The notes below the pieces were generated by a model. It was not told the DNA's origin. It was given only the letters and a program-made list of their open reading frames with translations, and made no database searches. A stretch of DNA of 64,000 nt from Octopus bimaculoides (taxonomy: Eukaryota): NCBI RefSeq assembly GCF_001194135.2, contig NC_068985.1, positions 30,890,829 to 30,954,828 of the forward strand, read 5' to 3'. Numbering within the stretch: the first letter of the stretch is position 1; every line of letters starts with the position of its first letter. This document shows positions 63,567 through 64,000 of this stretch, one piece after another. The position numbers were made by a program, and so were the translations under genes.

Positions 63567-64000
63567 GTACAGGATCTTTGTTACTTGAACTATTTTTTTG
63601 TTCTCTGATTTGCTTTATTTACATTTTTTTATAATCATTATTTGTATTATTGTTATTGTTATTGTTTAGCCCCAAGTTAGCCTCAGTCAACCAGACCATT
63701 GGTTAGAGGTATCCAAACAATGATCATCTTGTCCTTTTTTTTTTTTTTCTGTGTGTGTCCTTTTCTTAAAAACTAGTTAAAAGAGATTTGGCTACTATTT
63801 CTAGCAGATTGAGTGACCATGAAATGGCTCTGTTGTTGGCTAGGTTAATTTTAGTTTTATGCTTCAGTGCAAGTATTGTCTAACTCAAGTTCAAATTTTA
63901 GTTAAAAGTATTTCTTCATTTACAACACTTGTACTCTTAGGAGAGAGAAGAGTATCACAAGAACTCCATCTATACCTAAAGGACAGAGGAAGAGAGACAT

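Overview
Eukaryotic (animal) genomic DNA: AT-rich, intron-dominated, with 5 N-gaps. The repeat families (tRNA-derived SINEs, RTE LINEs with (GAT)n tails, dense microsatellites) look like those of an octopus/coleoid cephalopod; this is recognised from memory, not from a search. The whole window lies inside one + strand gene, an orthologue of SORL1 (sortilin-related receptor, SorLA/LR11). I traced 31 GT-AG exons by hand (352..63566; 4735 coding nt, about 1578 aa) that splice into one open frame: VPS10P propeller, 10CC, YWTD propeller, 8-Cys EGF, 10 LDL-A/CR repeats, then FN3 repeats. Start and stop codons lie outside the window. The introns hold a full-length dead DD34D mariner, an internally deleted DD37D element, a non-autonomous Helitron with a coding 69-bp minisatellite, four RTE LINE pieces, older LINE relics, hAT/piggyBac/Tigger-type MITEs, a foldback and many SINEs. 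The most interesting signals are: (1) a tandem duplication of a two-exon CR module (CR2-CR3 to CR4-CR5) with a near-identical tract spanning one exon/intron junction; (2) Asn codons at calcium-cage Asp positions that A-to-I editing could restore; (3) several near-perfect intronic inverted repeats that would form long dsRNA in the pre-mRNA. I found no CRISPR, rRNA, true tRNA or wholly new gene system. Exon coordinates were counted exactly; most repeat boundaries are approximate.
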